Source: Oikopleura dioica (lineage: Eukaryota; Animalia; Chordata). From it: DNA of 64,000 bases. The stretch's first letter is position 1; each line of letters opens with the position of its first letter. The notes under the pieces are model-generated. The model saw only the letters and a program-made list of their open reading frames with translations, searched no databases and was not told the DNA's origin. The stretch is from positions 7,750,001-7,814,000 of the forward strand of contig OU015569.1 in the NCBI GenBank assembly GCA_907165135.1. The letters run 5' to 3'. The position numbers and the translations under genes are program-made. This document shows positions 29,503 to 40,704 of the stretch, in pieces.

Positions 29503-30360
29503 ATGCCAGGGTATGAACCATTATCAGAAGACGCAAATGAAGTCCTAAAAAATGAAAGCCCGCTGGAAAATGCTGAACCGTCAACAGCGGATAAATTGTC
29601 AATCCCGATACATACCGAAGATCCCACCTTCGCGGATCAATTACAATTAGGTTAGCTCACATGTGCTGATTTACGATAGTAGCCGTGTTGGTAGCAATCA
29701 TTTCTAGTGGTCTTTTTAACCATTTGTAATAGATGAGGAGCCAGAAATTGGCATCTTCGAACCAAACGATAGAAGATACCTTCTTTATTTCTGCTTGAGC
29801 TTTGTCGGCTTTAAAAGTTGTGTAGCATGGAAGTAAGTCGAAATTCGTGTTACCGCGATCGAATTAGGATTATTAAGGACAACGAAAACCTATTTTTCAC
29901 AGGATATCAACAGTCCTGGTTTGCGGTTCATAGTTACTGGGTTGGCTGTTTTGTTTTCGCGGTTTGTTGTTATGTGCATTCACTGGTCAGTCCTTGGTCG
30001 ATTCCCTGTTGAATTTATTCTACCCGACGCCGTCTCGCTTCCAATCTTGTATTACGAAGATTATGGCAAATCCAAATGGAGAGCGATCGAGGCTTTTTCA
30101 TTCTTGGAATCGCTTTTTGAATTGGCTCTGCTTTTGCAAATCTTTCTCCTAAGACGACGCTTCACCATGTTAGCCCAGAAAGGCTTAAAAGTGGCCAATG
30201 ATATATGGATCGGTAATTTCATTGAATTTAACTCTGCTTTAAATTTTTAGATATGTGTTTGGTCCTGTGTTGCCAATACTGTGCATTAGCACAAACACTC
30301 CGCCATATGGAACTACGCAAAAGCACAGAACCTCGTCTTCAACTTCAGACAGTTTGAATC
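29503..30360 (+). CDS. Multi-pass membrane protein of unknown family
   Basis: ATG at 29503 with an acidic N-terminus, then several hydrophobic exons (VAVLVAIISSGLF; FIVTGLAVLFSRFVVMCIHW; LFELALLLQIFLL). 3' end approximate. Confidence 0.5.
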
Positions 30361-30905
30361 AGCTCGTTTTGTTTAAATTAAAGTACGGAAAACAATAAGC
30401 CCAGTAACATAAGCCCATTATCTTGATTTTTGACTTTTGGGAAAACTTTGCGGGAGTTTAAAAAATCATATAAGACTACTTTGCTCCAGCATATCTCCGC
30501 AACTTTTCGAACTCATAAATCCTCACTGCTTCAAATTCTAATTCGACCCGTTCATAAGCCAACTTATCATTCTCTTGCTTTACCGTTTATTTGCCTCTGT
30601 GAATTATCTCTCTTCAAATTGAACTTGTTAAAAAGCCTTCCCCTGAAAATTGTCCTCAGCCTTCCAAAATAACTTCCAATGACTTCTTTCTAACATGCTT
30701 TTCATTCTTATCATAAAAATTTTCTGCCGTGCAATGCCTAATAAATATGAATGATCACAAATCAAGCAAAAAAAAAAAAAAGAAAAAATAAAAATAAATG
30801 TTTTATTTTTAAAGATTTAAGCTTTTTTTTTTTGCAGGACAGGTATAAAATTGCTTCATAAGAAATACGATAAGAAAAGAGGTTCTTACCAAGAACTTCT
30901 GAGTC

Positions 30906-31470
30906 TCATAGCTCGTCGTCTTTGTTCTCTTCTGTATCGCCTTCGGTGTATTCATCAGTTTTGTCCTCGGAGGTTGTTTCAAAATTGTCCCTAGGAGTTT
31001 CTTCCTCGTCATCTTCATCAGGAGTGATAGGCCAGCGTGAATGATTTCCGATGACAGAGCTCACGTGCTTCACAATAGAAAAGCAGATTTCCTTGTAATC
31101 ATTTTGTTCTTCGATCAGTTCCGTTTTGAGGATTTCCAGATGTTGATAGATCTCAATGATTTTATCCCATGACCTTATCTTACGGTCTTGCAAGACCTTC
31201 AACTCGTGCTCGTATTTCTTTTGCTTTTCTTTCTTTTCGATGAAAAGCTCAAGGTAAAGCTCGGAACATTCTTCCAAAACATGACGGCGAAACTTATTTT
31301 GCCCCAGGTAGGTTTCATTGTCGATTATAGCGTCGAATTTTCTTTTGAGAGATACATATTTTTCGGTCACATTCAATTTTGTATTGCTCTTCACTCAGGT
31401 CCGCCGTATTTACTTAGAATACCGAACACAGATGGCGCCAAGCTACGCCTTATAACAAGGTGCTCGAGGT
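30906..31470 (-). CDS. Coiled-coil protein with acidic tail, unknown function
   Basis: 162-codon open frame rich in E/K heptads with a D/E tail. 5' exon uncertain. Confidence 0.55.
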
Positions 31471-31971
31471 AGAAATTATAACCTCCAACATCCCGCTGAG
31501 AGTAGTAAGTTCAAGGTGTGTGATAAAAATCATTCGTTTTCTTAGTTACTGGCGAGATTTAGAGAACACATCGCTGAATGCCTGTGACGTGTTATTTCAA
31601 TATGCTGCTGAACTTTTAAGATAAGAGCGAAAATTTATGAGCCTTTATTTTTGTCATGAGTAAAGCCAATTCGTCCCAGTAGAGGCATAATGTAATCTTT
31701 GCAAAAAATCTCTAAAAATTCGATAATGTCGCGGTCGGCAATTAGTGATGACTTTATTCTACTAAATCTGTTTCGAAATCAGTGAAAAACCGCGAAAAAA
31801 CCACCACCAATATATTGGATGAGGATGTCTAGTCGGCGCCACCAACCGGTTAGAAGTTTCCGGACACGCGCTAGCTCCGAACAAAACTTAGCAGACGTTC
31901 AGAAATTGAGTGCTCCATTGAATAGAGAGGGAGCCGCAATCAGCAGAGAAAAAAAAAAGAGATTTTTTATC

Positions 31972-33409
31972 ATGAAGAGAAGCAGCTTTCTTGCACTTGG
32001 GTGCTTGTTTGTTGCGTCACTTGGACAAGTTATCGGTTTAAATGAACCTTTTTAACGCTAAAATTCTGGGTGTCACTGACCTCATACTTAATAATCAAAG
32101 CAAAAGAAGAAATATTTGAGCCCTGAAAAGACATTTTGCCTCTGGATGAGTATATCACGCAAGTGTCCTTCCCAGAAGAACAAGAAGCACTGAAAATGGA
32201 ACTTAGTCGTTCAAATTCACTCTTCAAATTCGGAGATACTCGCGATATTCTTTACAATATGCTTTACTATCAGTTTTACGTGAAGAGAATAAACCTAATG
32301 CCCAAAGATTTCCTCCAATATGGATGTCAATGTCAGGGCCGGATTCCAGAAATCAGGAATCCCAATAAATGATAACACAACTGTATTTCAATTTCTTTCC
32401 ATATATTTTACTCGTTTGGGACAGATTTTAGCTTCAATGACGAATTGAAGTTTAGTTGAGCTTCGAACCACCGACTAGTTTTGATAGTTGTGGAACCGGA
32501 AACAGATCTTAAGCTCATCCAACGTGGGCGCCGCTAAGGACCCTCTTGACAGAAGCTGTGTGGACTGGCATCAGTGTCGCACCTGTGTCTCACTGGAGAA
32601 GACTTTCAAGGGCTGTTCAGAGATATTTCTAGATATAATTTTAGAATAAAGATAAGGAAATTTTGAGTATAGAGTTGTGCAGCCCGTTGAAGAATGATGA
32701 AGAGTTCTGCGACCCTCTTTCACAAATGTACCCGATCGGAGTCAATGTCACAAATGGAGAACTGTCCTGTATTTTGACAAGTGAGAATTGCATTTTCTTA
32801 TTATGATCCGTTCTAACATTGATGTAAGCTTCTAACTGCCAGAAGACAACATGTGAGTGCGACGTGAAACTTGTAAATGGATTGGTACGCAACATCGACT
32901 CGTTTGATCAGTCCCGGTATTAGAAGAATTCTTAGCATTGAAATAACAGGAGATATTAAGCGTTCTGGGCTACAATTATGACCAAAAGCGACATTGTAAA
33001 CGTAGTAGCAGAGACCCAAATGAGGAAAGCAGTGATGTTGAGATGCCTCAAAACGATATGTTTCGAATGGAACTTGAATCGCTCGCATTTGATGATGTCA
33101 ACAACGAGGAGCAGCTGCAAAAGAATCAAGCTCGTCCGAACAGGTCCAACTTAAGTTAAATTTCTCGACTGACGTATATATTTTAGAAAGTTATCATTCA
33201 ATCCCAGCAAAGGAACACACGACATTTGCTGCGGTGATTTCCCCAATGTCAAGTCGTTCAATTCTTTCGGAGGTCGCCGGGCTTGCTGTGCAAAGTACGT
33301 GATTGAAACAAGAACTTTAATTATGTATAAACTTGTTTATAGCAACGTTTACGACATTCGAAAAAATGAATGCTGCGATGGATTGATCAAGCAACTCGGA
33401 TCCTGCTGA
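31972..33409 (+). CDS. Secreted phospholipase A2-fold (otoconin-like) Cys-rich protein, probably non-catalytic
   Basis: Signal peptide MKRSSFLALGCLFVASLGQ; FLQYGCQC; KDPLDRSCVDWHQCRTC; TCECD; C-terminal CCGDFP...RACC...YDIRKNECCDG. Confidence 0.7.
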
Positions 33410-36400
33410 GTATTTGATTCAAATTGTAAGTTTTGGTCGTTTTTAAAAGCTTTTTATAGATAAAACGACAGGAAAATATTTCCTGATTGTACTTTTCATT
33501 TCTCATTTTCTGCTGATCTTGGACTTTTCTGTTTCATTGTAAATAAAATTGTCAAATATATCGTTAAATTGCGTTAGTTCGTAAAAGTATGGCATATCTG
33601 CTCGCGTGAAAAGCCACATCCTACTCATAAAAGATATCCAAGTGGGAATTTCAGTAAAATGAGTCAAATTGTACTCTTAACGAACCATAAAGAAACTGAT
33701 CCATCATTTCTCGCACGATTCGGAGAGGATAGAAAGCAACGACAGCAAAGGATATGATTTCGATACTCTAATAATAAAAACGCAGTTTTAGAGAAGAATC
33801 TCCTGAAATCAGGTCAATTGCAATGATTCCTTCTGTCGCAGTCAAGAAGAGTTGTGAGCACGATAAGTGTAAAAAGACCGAGAGAAGGGGAAGCCTTTAA
33901 ATGTTATAGATTTCTTTTTTTTTTTAAGATTCTACCTTCAAGAATTTTGAACTTCTCCTATAATGATATTAGAACAACTCCTAAAGTTACCAACCCACAA
34001 TTTCCAGAATTATAAAACTGCGCGAAAGTCGCCTCCAGGAAACCTTGCTCTCTATATTACTAAATGACCTTTTATTTGTGGTCTAAATCTTTGTTTAGTG
34101 CGTTTCAACCGTAAAAGCGTAGTACGATTTTATAGTTTTTCGGCATATTCAAAAAGGAACTCAAATTTTTCGCGCCTAATAGTAGATTCCCCCTTGACTT
34201 CAGTCCGGCATGTTATGTGAGTCTTGATAAAAATGGAGTTTGTTAGTGAACATCAGAGCAGAAGTTATCACGATTACGAATTTTTATATTGCCATCGTAA
34301 ACGTCTTGCGCTATCAGAAGCGTACTTGCTAAACTTGATGAGCCGACCGTCGCTACCTCCAGAGAAGCTATTGATAGAATCAACTTTCAGAATTGCAGAA
34401 ACTTTTCAGGCAATTAGTTAATCTTTTAATTTCGAAATTCATTCTCAAAGACTATTGGTAAAAAGACCAAAACTTATTTTTAAAGGGCTTGATAACTTGC
34501 TCAATAATGAAATGATTATGCTGCGGCTCAATTTTGATAAATGATGACTTTTTCGATTTCCAGTAAGGATACAATTTTGTCGTAAACTTGCCATATCGAT
34601 GGGGTGTGCATCTGAAGATTCCTCTTTTCGGCTTTTCTTGACATTTTTCTCAATTTTCCTCTGCCCGTAGAGATGCATATTCTTTTCAAAGAAAAAGTAA
34701 CGAATAAGAAAAAATCGAGATAAAGCCATGAATTCGAGGATGGCGCGTGCTACAACAATCGGTACGTGTGTAGGAGTGCCGGTTTTCAAAAATTCTTACA
34801 ACCCCTACGAATACATGTGACCTATAAAGATTTACAATTTTTTTTTCGGGAAAAAATTCACAAGAAAGCCGCCGAGTGCTCATGATCGAACTGATGAGAG
34901 CTACTTCAAAAAGAGCGATCTTTAGCTATTTCACTCTAATTTCTATTTTTTATCAGACGGGCATAAACATAAAAGACCTTAAAAAACACAAACCAATAAA
35001 ATCCGGACGTAAATGTAAATAAAACAAGAGTAACTCAAATTAAGAGACATTAGAGAGAAAGCCTACCGAGGAAAAGTAAAGACGCAGACTGTGATGAATG
35101 GATTGAGCAATGAGTACCCCGCTGATGAGGAGAAACTTGCGTCGACTACACCGCTCCTGCAGAAAGAGTGCCTAAGTACCGGATATTCCTATTCTCAAAA
35201 CGCATTGGTTCTTTAGAATAATGACTCTTTTAATATTTGATTCTTAGTAATGGGAGTTGAAAGAGGATGTTTTAAGTGTTGAACGCAAGTAGAAAACGAA
35301 GATAAGCTACGTCGTAAAAGTTAGGGACGGTGAAGCGATCTTCAAGGAATTAATCGACTTCCGCAGAACCACTAAAACATAAAGACGTACCTCCCGAGGT
35401 ACGGCTATCCCATCGCGCTTTTTTCATAGGGCGTGCGGCTTACGGTATTTATGGGATGCATAAATCGTTGATGATCATGTTGGTCCAGTCTTGTTTTATT
35501 TGAAAATAGGTCTGTCGATGTTTAAAAGGTCGCACAGAATTTTTAAAGACTTCAATGTGTTAATTAACTTTATGATTTCGAACCTAACTAATAAATGTCC
35601 TTTTCTGATATCCAAATCACTGATTTATTCTCATCAACTACCATATACAAAAACCTATATCTTCAATTTCTTTTATTTGAACTCAGCGATAAGAATAGCA
35701 TGTGAATATCCCAAAAAGTTCGCAAAGCAACCGAGATGAGCTAGCACTACAAAAAATTGGCAATTCGGAACTTCAGCTCATCTATGACAGGCCGGATACC
35801 AGGATCGTGGGCATTTCCGGAGAACACAGGAGCAGCTGGCTACCTGCTCCTTTTATTAAATTTTTATGATTACTTTTAATTGACACTTTGACTTGACCCT
35901 ACCCAAAGAGCGTTTAATGCAATTGTTGATGATATTAGATATCAAGAAACTTAAAATCAGAATCTTCGTATTAATCTCCTGATTTTGATGGATACCTTCA
36001 AGAGATTAAGAAGTCTAGATGAGCTTAAAATTAACCTCGCATTCTTCTGATTGCCTTGCGGATCAAGATCGTCCGCGGTGCCGTAAAACTTCCCGCCATA
36101 AATAAAATTGATCTCGGTACCAAAAAGTTTCTCAGCACCCAAAAAATAAGAGTTATTAAGCGTTTTTTTTTAATCAGAGTTTGCGCAAACACTCGAAATT
36201 CACGGTGATTTCTTTTTGCGTGCGGAGCGCCGTAAAATCAGAGAATTATAAGACCGCAATTCTGGTGTACGTCGTGTACGCAATCTAGACGATATCGTAA
36301 ACTAAAAATATGCGTTACTTGTAAACTTTAATCATGCATCAGGTAATAGTATTACCGTAATACATAATGTTGTGGAAAATGTGGATATTTTTAAAAAGCA

Positions 36401-37045
36401 TTCCCGTTTCTTTGAATGTTTAGATCTCTGCGAATGGTTCAGTAAGAACGCCCAGCATAAATAGATATCTCAACAAATATAAGAAAGAGTTTATTGAGTC
36501 GTTCTCTACAAGCAAAAATCCGCTTTAGTTAATTAACACGAGTTTTCGTGTAGTCGCACCAGTTAGCACTGCTTACTTGGCAGTCTTGATATTCGTGCGC
36601 TAGAATTTGCTAGCTTCGAACGAGTAATGAATTCTGTGATAAGCGTGGACTCGGCCTGTGTTTGACATTGATAAAGTGAGTCTGAGATCGATCAACAAGT
36701 ACTGACTGCTCGATTGCTAACGGGGAGGACTCAAAATCCCAAAAATTGAGATTATGTCACGACCGCCCGGTCGCTGAATACATCGGCAGCACTGGACACA
36801 GAGTCACGAGCAGAAAAAAATCTCTTCGGGGTTTTCTTATTTTTAAACAAACTCATGAAAAACACAGAGAAAGCAAAATGGCATCCTCAAGAATTGCCCA
36901 GAGCGGGATTAGGGAAATGGCTGATTGAATAGCGAAATATAATCTTGGATTTGGATACTAATCCCACAATTTTTAAGCCAAAATTTGATATCTCGTGTTC
37001 CTTGATACTTCCATTCCGAGTATTTCAGCATTTTTCTTTTGAGCC

Positions 37046-38760
37046 ATGAAAGAAATAGTAGAGCAGCTTAGTGGAAATGCCTCCTCAAGAATAAAGATAA
37101 ATGTGTCCGGAAGTCATTTCGAAACAAGAAGAAATACGCTGGGTAAGTTATTAAACGGTATTACGGGAAACAGTAAAATTATCGAAATCGTATTTCAGCA
37201 AAGCGAAAGGATTCAAGACTTTTCCAAATGCTCGAGGATCATTCGCTCGCTGATGGATTCGAAGTCGATGAATTCGGTGTGGAGACTTATTATTTTGATA
37301 GACATGCTCCGTCCTTCCCTTCTATTTTGTATTTTTACCAGAAGAATGATATGAATTTGTACAGACCGTTGGACGTCCCAATGGGAAGGGGTTTTTATTC
37401 AACATTCTATTTAAAGACGCTTTCCGCTTGTGACTATATAAACCCTGGCTGAAGAAGTTTTTGTGGAGGAAGTTATTTATTTCAAACTGGCACATCACGT
37501 TTTGGAAAATGAATTCGAGGATAAAATAGAGGTCGAGCACCGCACGCTCTGTATAAATTCACGAAACGCAGTCTGGGCCGTCTTTGAGAAGCCAGAAACG
37601 AGCAAGTTGGCGAAGATTGTAAATTTTGTGTCTATATTCTTCATTCTTGTTTCTACAGTTTCATTCTGTCTAGAAACTCTCCCGGCCTTTCAGTCTGAGT
37701 GCGAATCAGTAAGCAATATAAACGAGACTCTATACCGACATCAAGACTGGTCGCCAAAGAGGTAATCTACCCGAGAAGCATTAAAGATAAATAAAACATC
37801 TCTTAGTAAAGCATTCGGCTTTTGGATTATTGAGACCACCTGTATCGGCTTTTTTACGATAGAGTATATTCTCAGGCTTTATGCGGCTCCTCGACGATGG
37901 CCATTCGAGAACGGTCTATTTTTGGATCTAGCTTTTACTAAAACGCTTAAACTAATATGACCCTGTTAAAAGTTAAAGATTTCATGAACATAATTGATTT
38001 GGTGGCAATTTTGCCGTATTATTTCGTGATGACATTTAACATTCGCCTCGGCACAAATGGTCCCATTCCATGCGTTCCAGAAGGAGAAGAGGACAGGCAA
38101 GTACACACTCTTGGTACTCGTCATTCACAAATTATATTACAGTTCGGGAATAGATGGCAAGTTTCTAACAGTTCTCCGAGTCGTTCGACTGGCCCGTATA
38201 GTTCGGATTGCCAAACTATCGAGACACAGTCGCAATCTCAACACGCTTATCAAAACATTTCGACAATCTCTGCGGGAGCTCAGCTTTCTCATGCTCTTTT
38301 TCATCGGTTAGTTGGGCACTTATCTAAATCTTGTCTCTTCTTATCGTCACTTTCAGTATCCATGGTTTTGTTTGCGACGTTCGTCTTCTTTTGCGAAGAA
38401 GGCGAAAATGATTTCAACTCGATTCCGCACTCATTTTGGTGGGCGATTGTGACGATGACCACCGTCGGTTACGGCGACATGTATCCAAGAACAGGGCCTG
38501 GCAAAGTCGTCGGCTTTCTCTGTGCCATCTGTGGAGTTTTATGCATCGCTCTTCCAGTTCCCTCGATCGTTTCCAACTTCCATCGGTTATACCAGGTCAG
38601 AAATACCAATGCCCAAAATAGAAATCAACAATAATCATTCAGGAAGACCAGATCATGAATCCGCACGGGGACTACACTTACAAAGACGATGACGAAAAAA
38701 TTAGATGCAAGGTAATATAATATTCTCTCGGAAAATATAAAAAACACTCTTTTTAGCTAA
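37046..38760 (+). CDS. KCNA-like: Voltage-gated K+ channel, Shaker/Kv1-like
   Basis: T1 domain ([10 protein letters not shown]; [10 protein letters not shown]); S4 [18 protein letters not shown]; pore [17 protein letters not shown]; S6 [11 protein letters not shown]. Includes a GC-AG intron at 38097-38142. Confidence 0.95.
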
Positions 38761-39175
38761 GAAAAAAGTTCCTAAACGACGTTTGAGGCTCAACTTTTTC
38801 CGTCTGAGACTCAGTTTGAAGAAGTTTGTTTCTGTTATTTAAATATGTGAATATGCAAGAATCAACAAAAATACATATTATAACGATAAAAACAACACAA
38901 TAACGAAAGCGCTTCACTGGCGTTAAAAATCTTCCAAACGCTATTTTTGGCGTTTTTATGTAAATTCATAACTTCAATTTTCTCGCTGTTTACACGGAAT
39001 AAACCTCCTTATTGTCAATTTTATCCATGCTACTTCCCTTTCTTCCTCGATGAAGCAGTCTTTGGAGCTTGGCGGATAGACGGGCGGGACTTTTCCGTCT
39101 CAAACAGAAAATTCTCTAGATCAAGTCTCGACAACTTTCGGTGTTTTGTTTTTTTTTGGACAGTAAATTATCGAT

Positions 39176-40600
39176 ATGAGCAGATCAAGGAAGGGCGAGA
39201 TTGCGCTAAATTTGAGTGAAGATATTCAGTTTCCGGAGGACTTTCGCTACGTACAAACGAATAATGGTAAGCTGGACCAAGAAAGAACAGGATATGTTTT
39301 TTTTAATTTAAGAGGTTTACCGAGTCAGAACCCTCTTTCGATTGCACAGTAACCCAGTGACAGAAGCAGGGCTGGATATTTTGAAATCAGCAAAAATTTC
39401 AAATCAATTTTTGTGCGAAATCTCATTTCTATCTCAAAATTTTGCACCATCTCAACAAATCTCAAATTTCAATATTATTGCAATTCCCTCGTCATATTTT
39501 TTCCATTCTTGAGATTGCTGAGATCTCGAGATCTCAAATCTCAAAATTTTGCAAACCGCGCAAGGGCCGCGGACAAACGTCGCGGGCTTACAGCAAGACT
39601 TGTGATTGGTTCAGATCGGTCTGAAATGCTTGAAATCTCATAATCTCAAATCTCATTTCATTTCAACGCGTGTATCCAACTCACGCAGTTTTCTGAGATA
39701 ATTGAGATCTCAGCATTTCAAATATCATTTTTTTGCAAAATCGAAAATTGAGATCTCAGACAGAAAATTTTCTGAGATTGCATTTTTGAAATGGATGAAA
39801 TGATGATTCATGTTCTTTTCGGGGTTTGAGATTTTTGTTGATTTCAAAATATCCAGCCCTGGACAGAAGGGATACTCGGTATTCGTGGTGTCAAGAAAGC
39901 ATTCATCACCGACGTTCGATTACTGTTCGCACGACTTCTTTTCAAAAAGCTCAAGAATGTTACGAAACTCGAATTCAAGCACACTATTATAAGAATAAAG
40001 GTTCGTCGTAATTTATTTCTAAAGGAATTTTTTAATTTTTAAAAGGAGAAAGAATGGCAGTCGAAAAAGTCCTACGTGAATCGCGACACGAATGCACCCT
40101 TGAGAACCGCAGCGAAGTTTTTAATTGTGATGGAACTCAAGGAAGACTCATTTGAAGCCTTCGTCGATAGCGATCGAATCTACAGGAAGGGACGCTATCC
40201 AATCATGAACGACGAAGATGGGGACTTCGGGTAAGACTACGCTAAAACCACCTTTGTCTAAGTACGTAGGGACGAGATTATTATACCGGACAGCTTATCT
40301 GACGAGGATTCAGCCGGTTCAGCTAAGACTTGTCTAAACCAACCTATCAAGAAGGGCCAAGATCTGAAGAGAGAGCACTCAAGAAGTTCCTTCGCCAGCC
40401 CACCGAAAAGACTCATTCTTGAACCAGCGCATTCTCGCACATTTATCTCACGTCCAAAGACATCAGATCGTCTTCTCTTTCCAGGTGTAGAAAAGCAACG
40501 ACCTCGCAAAAAAGAGCCGACAGCCAAGGTTGACAAGTCGAAAAAGAAGGGCAAGAAAGAGAAGAAGGAGAAGAAAGAGAAGCCATGTCTGCTCATGTAG
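39176..40600 (+). CDS. Hypothetical protein with Lys-rich C-terminus; second exon interrupted by a MITE
   Basis: Four exons splice in one frame: MSRSRKGEIALNLSEDIQFPEDF...VTE/GILGIRGVKK...KEWQSKK...DEIIIPDS...KKGKKEKKEKKEK. The frame across 39367-39861 is restored by removing the insertion and one TSD copy. Confidence 0.65.
39367..39861. mobile_element. 495-bp non-autonomous hAT-type MITE
   Basis: About 37-bp TIRs CAGGGCTGGATATTTTGAAATCA... Exact 8-bp TSD GACAGAAG (39359-39366 and 39862-39869). Many subterminal AATCTCA/TGAGAT repeats. Confidence 0.93.
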
Positions 40601-40704
40601 AACTATATCTGCAAGAATTTTCAAATAAACACAAATTTTTAGCCTTGGATTTATTCGAAACAGGGTCCGTTCAGAACATTTTTAATCAAACAAGGAGGGA
40701 TTTT

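Noticed and set aside
34700-35220. Short exon-like segments between the PLA2-like and Kv genes
   Set aside because: Could not be joined into a credible ORF.
36785-36805. RE1/NRSE-like motif (cagcactggacacag) upstream of the Kv gene
   Set aside because: Spacing and right half-site do not fit the RE1 consensus.
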